Assembly: GCA_977017575.1 (NCBI GenBank)
Contig: CDRNVI010000148.1
Coordinates: forward strand, 1 to 64,000
Reading direction: 5' to 3'
DNA: 64,000 bases
From: Paramoeba atlantica
Taxonomy: Eukaryota; Protista; Discosea
Position numbers and translations under genes: made by a program
Part shown: positions 59,044 to 64,000 of the stretch, in pieces
Layout of the letters: every line of letters begins with the position of its first letter
How positions within the stretch are numbered: the first letter of the stretch is position 1
The notes under the pieces: model-generated
Seen by the model: only the letters and a program-made list of their open reading frames with translations
Told to the model about the DNA's origin: nothing
Databases searched by the model: none

Positions 59044-59312
59044 TTTCGAAACGCAAAAGAGAAAAAGAAAAAGAAAAATTTTACTCCCCTTCAAGTGAAA
59101 AAATAATAATTTTATAAAAAAAGATTATATTGATTTCAACACAAAAAAAAATTAAAGAAAAATTAAAAAGATCCTTGCTCCTTTTCAAAAAGGTGTCCCT
59201 TTGATTAAGGGACATACTGTTTTTGCAGTTTCCCCGCTTGGTTCGAAAAGAGAAAAGAGAAAGAGAGAGAGAAAGAAGAGAAAGAAGAGAGAAAGAGAGA
59301 GAAAGAGAAAAC

Positions 59313-62300
59313 ATGTCTTCTGCGGAGTTGGAAAAAGCTTTCTATTTGGAAGAGGTTTCGTTCTTTTGATTCTCACTTTTTTCCTCTTTCAACAAAAACA
59401 AAAATTGATTCGAAAAAAACAAAAAAAAGGCCAAAAAAATGGTTCAATTCCAAAAAGAAGGACTTCTTCAAAGTTGTTTGATTCAAAATCAGTTTTGTGA
59501 AAGTTTCCAAGGTTTTGAATTTCTTTTTTCTATTCAATTGAGAATCAATGAAAAAAGAGAAACTTCCCAACTTTTAAAAAAAATTAAAAGATATGAATCG
59601 AGAGAAAAAATTTGAGAGAAATGAGAAAAAGAAAAAGAAAAATTTCGAGAATTTTTGTTTAAAATATTTTTTTTGATTTAATTGAATCAAAAAAGGAATG
59701 AAAAATTCTTTTCAAAAAAGTGGAAATAGTCCTCTTGTTCTTTCTCTTTCTTCTTCTATTCTCCAAGTTTGTTTTTCTCTTTTTTCTTTCTCTTTCTTTC
59801 TCTCTTTCTTTCTCTTCTCTCCTCTTTCTCTTTCTCTTTCAATCTGCTTTCTTGTTCTTTCTTTTTCTTCTCCTATTCTTCAAGTTTGCTTTTTCTCTTT
59901 TTTTCTTTCTCTTCTCTTCTCTTTATTTCTCCCTCCCCCTTTCTCTCTGTTCTTTATTCTGTATTCTTTTTCTTTTCTCTTCTCTTTTCTTTTAAAAGTT
60001 CTTATTATCATAAAAAGGATGCTTTCTATTTATTAGATCTTTTAAATGGAATTCATCAAAAAATGAACGAGATTGAGACAGATAATTTAAAGGTTTTTGA
60101 ACTTTTATTTTTGAAAATGTTTTTGAAAATTTTGGAGGAGAAAAGGAAAGAGAAGAAATAAAAGATTCACAATGAAATAAAAAAGAAATGAAGAAGAAAA
60201 GAAATAAGAAAGAAATAAGAAATAAGAAACAAAGAATAAATAAATAAAATAAATAAAATAAATAATTTTTTTGAAGCTTGAAGGAGCGCTTTGGAAATTA
60301 AAAACTGTTTTCTCTTTTCGACCTGAACCTCGAAATCTTTCTTCTCAAAAAGTATTTAGTTTTCTTTTTTGAGAGAGAAAGAAAGAAGAGAAAAGAGAAA
60401 GTGAGAAAAGAGAGAAGAAGAGAGAGAGAGAGAAGAGAGACTGTTTATCAATTCTTTTTTGATAGGGCGAAGAAATGGGACAGAAAATTAAAGAAACAGG
60501 TTTTTTTTGAGAAATTTGTGATTTTTATTGTTTTTATTTTTCATTTTTGTTTTAAATTCACTTTTTTTTTACTATTTGATTTTTTATTTTTTTTCTTCAA
60601 TTTTCTTTTTTAAATTTTCTTTTTGTCTTTTTTACAGAAACAATTCCGGGATCTGAAATTATCCAAAAAGTTCTCTTTCTTTCTCTTCTCTCTTTTTTTC
60701 TTTTTCTCTTTTATTCTCTTCTTTACTCCTTTCTTCTTCTCTTCTCTTCTTCTCACGTCTTTTTATTTCATTCGAAGAAACGGAAAGGTGGCGGGAAAGA
60801 TGTTTGTCTTTTTAATTTTATTCTTTTTATCCATTTTTGAATTCTTATTTTCTCTTTTTTCTCTTCTCTTTGCTCTTTCTTTTCTTTTCCTTTCTTTCCT
60901 TTCTCTTTCTTTTCTTTTCTCCTTTTTCAGAAAACCTTTCTCAAAAGATATATCTCCGATGCTGAACTTGACCCAATTCCCCAAACAGTAATCTCTTTTC
61001 TTTTCTTCTTCTCTCTCTCTTTCTCTTCTTTACTCCTTTCTCTTTCTTCCTCTTTTTAGGTTTTACGATCACAAGAAAGTCTTCTTCTTTTACAGGCAGA
61101 ATGGGGGAAAGACAAGAAGAGAGAAAGAAGAGAGAAGAGAGAAGGAGAAGAGAGAGAAGGGGAAGAAACGAAAGAAAAAAGAAAAGGAGAAAAAAGAGAG
61201 AAACAAAAAGAGAAAAAAGAAAACCAAAAAGAAAAAGAGAAAGAGAAAGAAAAGGAGAAAAAAGATAGATTAAAATCAACAGAATTTACAACTAATATGT
61301 CGAGATTGTCCAAATTTGCGAATGAATGTGAAGAAACCTTTTCTTCTTCTTCTTCTTCTGAAGATCATCACCAAAGTGTTGTTTATGATTCTTTGCCAAA
61401 TTATTTGGAAGATTTGGCTGGTGAATGGTATTCTTTTTTCTTTTTTTAATTCATGAGAAGAATCGATTATAAATAATTAGTTCAAATAATTAACTTAAAT
61501 GTGAAGAATGATTTTCTTCTGAAAATCATCCTCAACAATTATTCATAGTTTCTAATATTTCTCTCCTCTTCTCAGGAGAGTAGGACAATTCAAATCCTCC
61601 ACAACAACAAATGATTATTCCAACCCATTTCCTGCCAAACCAACAACAACAACAATAACAACAACAACAACAACAACACCAACACCAAGAACAAAAGCGC
61701 CCACACCACCCCCACCAATCTCCTCTTCTTCTTCCTTCTCTCCTTCAAAAACTTCTCTCCCTCCCACAGCAACCTCTCCCTCTTCTTCTTCTCCTCCTCC
61801 CCTCTCTTCCTCTCCTCTCTCTCCCTCTCCCTCTCCTCTCTCTCCCTCTCCTTCTCCCCCTTCTCCTGCTCCCTCTCCCTCTCTCTCACACACCCCTCAT
61901 TCCTCCTCTCCTCCTCCTCTCTCTCCCTCTCTCTCTTCTACTCCTCAAACTTCTCCCCGGTCTCGCTACATCTCTCTTTACCGAGGAGAGAGAGAGAGAG
62001 AGAGAGAGAAGAAGAAGAGAGAAGGGGGAGAGAGAGGAGGGAAGAAAGTTCTTGGGTGTTCTGTTGAGAGGGGGGAGTTCGAGAATGAGAGGTCTGTTAG
62101 TCCTAAGAAAGTGAGAAATAAGGTTTTTCCTCTCTCTCTCTTCTCTCTCTCACTCCTTTCTTTTCTCTTTTTCTTCCTCTCCTTTCTCTCTCTCTTTCTC
62201 TCTTCTTCTTCTCTTTCTGATCTTCTCTTTCAATGTAGATTTCAAGAGCGATTACAAAACAATTTACACAATCTTCTGGAAGTCAAGATGGTAAAATTTT

Positions 62301-64000
62301 GATGATTTGATTTATTTATTTATTTATTTTTGATGATATTTTGATTATTATTTTTAATTTTATTTGATTCTTTTTCATTTATTTTTTCTAATATTAAATT
62401 CTGAAGTAGTTTTGCTGCCTCGAAAAATGGCCAAAAATGAACTGGTTTTTTTTTCTTTATCTTTTTTTTTCTTTTCTCCTCTTTTTCTCTTTTTTGGAAT
62501 TCCTGATTTTTCATTTTTTTTTCAAGGATGATTTATCTTCTCAAAAAGAATTTGGTTTGGAAAAAAAACTTTCTTTTCTCTTTCTTTTTCATTTCTCACG
62601 TTTTTTCTTTTTCCCTCCTTTCCCCTTCCTCTTCTTCTCTCTTCCCTCCCTCTCTCCTCTCTTCCCCCCCTCTCTCTTCAAAACAAACAAAACAAAAAAA
62701 AATTATAGAATCATTATCAGAACTTGTATTAACATTAACAGACGACCAATTATTTGACTTAAAATTTCGTTATGCTGCATTTTTGACTTTGTCTACTTAT
62801 ACAACTCCTCTGGAAATGCTTGAACATCTCAGGTTTTCTTTTCTCTCTCTCTTCTTCTCTCTCTTTTCTCTTTCTTGTCTCTCTCTCCCTTCTCTTCTCT
62901 TATTTCCTTGATCTCTTTTTCTGTTTTTCAAAAATGAAACTTTTACAATTTCACTGGAAATGCTTGAACACCTCAGGTTTTCTTTTCTCTCTTCTCCTCT
63001 CTCTTCTCCTTCTCTTCCTGTCTCTTTCTTTCTTCTCTCCTTTTCCTCCTTTCAACAATGGATTCTTTTTTGGCTTTATTTTCTTTTCTGGTCTCTCTCT
63101 TTCTCTCTTCTTCTTCTCTCTTTTTCTCTCTTTTGTTCTCTTTTCTAACCTATCTTTAGGGTTCGGTATTTAGCCCTGGATGGCGAACCTGCAAAAGTGG
63201 TTCTTTTTTCTCTCTCTTTTTCTCTCTCTCCTCTCTTCCTCCCATTCTCTTTTCTCTCTCTATCTCTTTTCTTTCCCCCATCTCCTTCTATTCTCCCTCT
63301 TTTTCTTGCTTTTTCATTTCTCCCTCTCCCTTTTCTCCCTCTCTTATTAAAAGTAATTTAAAAAAAACAAAAAAAAAACAGAAAGTGAAAAGATTGCGTC
63401 TGGTTTCAGTGGTCAAATTTTGGATCGATGTTCAAATTCAGGATCTTCTTTCTTCTCCAGAAGTTACTTCTGCTCTCTTCTCTTTATTGGATGGTTTGTC
63501 TTTGTTTTCCCTCTCTTTTCTTCCTCTCTTTTCTCTCTTTTTCTCTTTTCTTTCTTTTTTGTCCTGTTTTTCATATTTTTCCTCTTCTCTTTCTCTCTCT
63601 CTCTCTCTCTCCTCTCTTCCCTTTCTTTCTTTTTAGAGATTAGTGAACAACTTGGAGATTCAGGGAAATCACTTCAAAAGCTCTTCGAAACAAGATCTGC
63701 TTCTTTTGTAGAGAAGAGAGAAGAGTTAAAGAAAAGAAAGAAAGAGAGGAGGGAGAGGGTTGAATCTGGAGATTATTTGGATTTTTCGGTTTGTGAAAGA
63801 GAAAAGGGTGAGATAAAAGAAAAGAAGAGAAGAGAAGGGAAGGGAAAGGATGGGAGAAAAGAAAAGAAGAGAAGAGAAGAGAAGTAGTGAAGAAAAAATA
63901 TTGATTTAATTTCTTTTTTAGTGGGATAAAATTTCTGAATTTCAATTTGCTCTTTCGTTTACAAATTATGAATTTGAGGTCTCTTATTCTCTCTTATTCT
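59313..64000 (+). CDS. RasGEF-type protein (REM/RasGEF_N domain; possible N-terminal PH-like domain), partial and running off the right edge
   Basis: LSELVLTLTDDQLFDLKFRYAAFLTLSTYTTPLEMLEHL (62710-62832) and KVKRLRLVSVVKFWIDVQIQDL (63382-63450) match REM patterns. The 5' exons are tentative. Confidence 0.6.

Overview
AT-rich, intron-dense eukaryotic genomic DNA from a probable unicellular protist. An amoebozoan-like host is plausible but cannot be established from this window. Manual splicing gives about 20 ordinary host genes: an ankyrin+RCC1 protein, a Dbf2/NDR kinase, MOB1, three sulfotransferase-like genes, an ADP-ribosylglycohydrolase, mL41, PRMT7-like, RNase H2B, polyubiquitin, G-alpha, USP, ABCG, ABHD12-like and a partial RasGEF. 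There are two accessory regions. (1) A 7,962-bp element at 22988-30949 is bounded by perfect 16-bp terminal inverted repeats. It carries an apparently intact 11-exon, ~1,566-aa gene (P-element-type DDE transposase + C2H2 finger + DEDDh exonuclease + Ulp1/SENP protease) and, convergently, an intronless TET/JBP-family 2OG-Fe(II) dioxygenase. This is the best candidate for an undescribed system. (2) A rapidly evolving cluster at 44.4-57.7 kb holds ten tandem copies of an unrecognised ~155-aa protein plus ankyrin genes built from one-repeat 99-nt phase-0 exons; both families share a C-terminal IKPAKR-type tail. All exon structures and domain calls were made by eye from motifs. No database searches were run, so novelty is unconfirmed.
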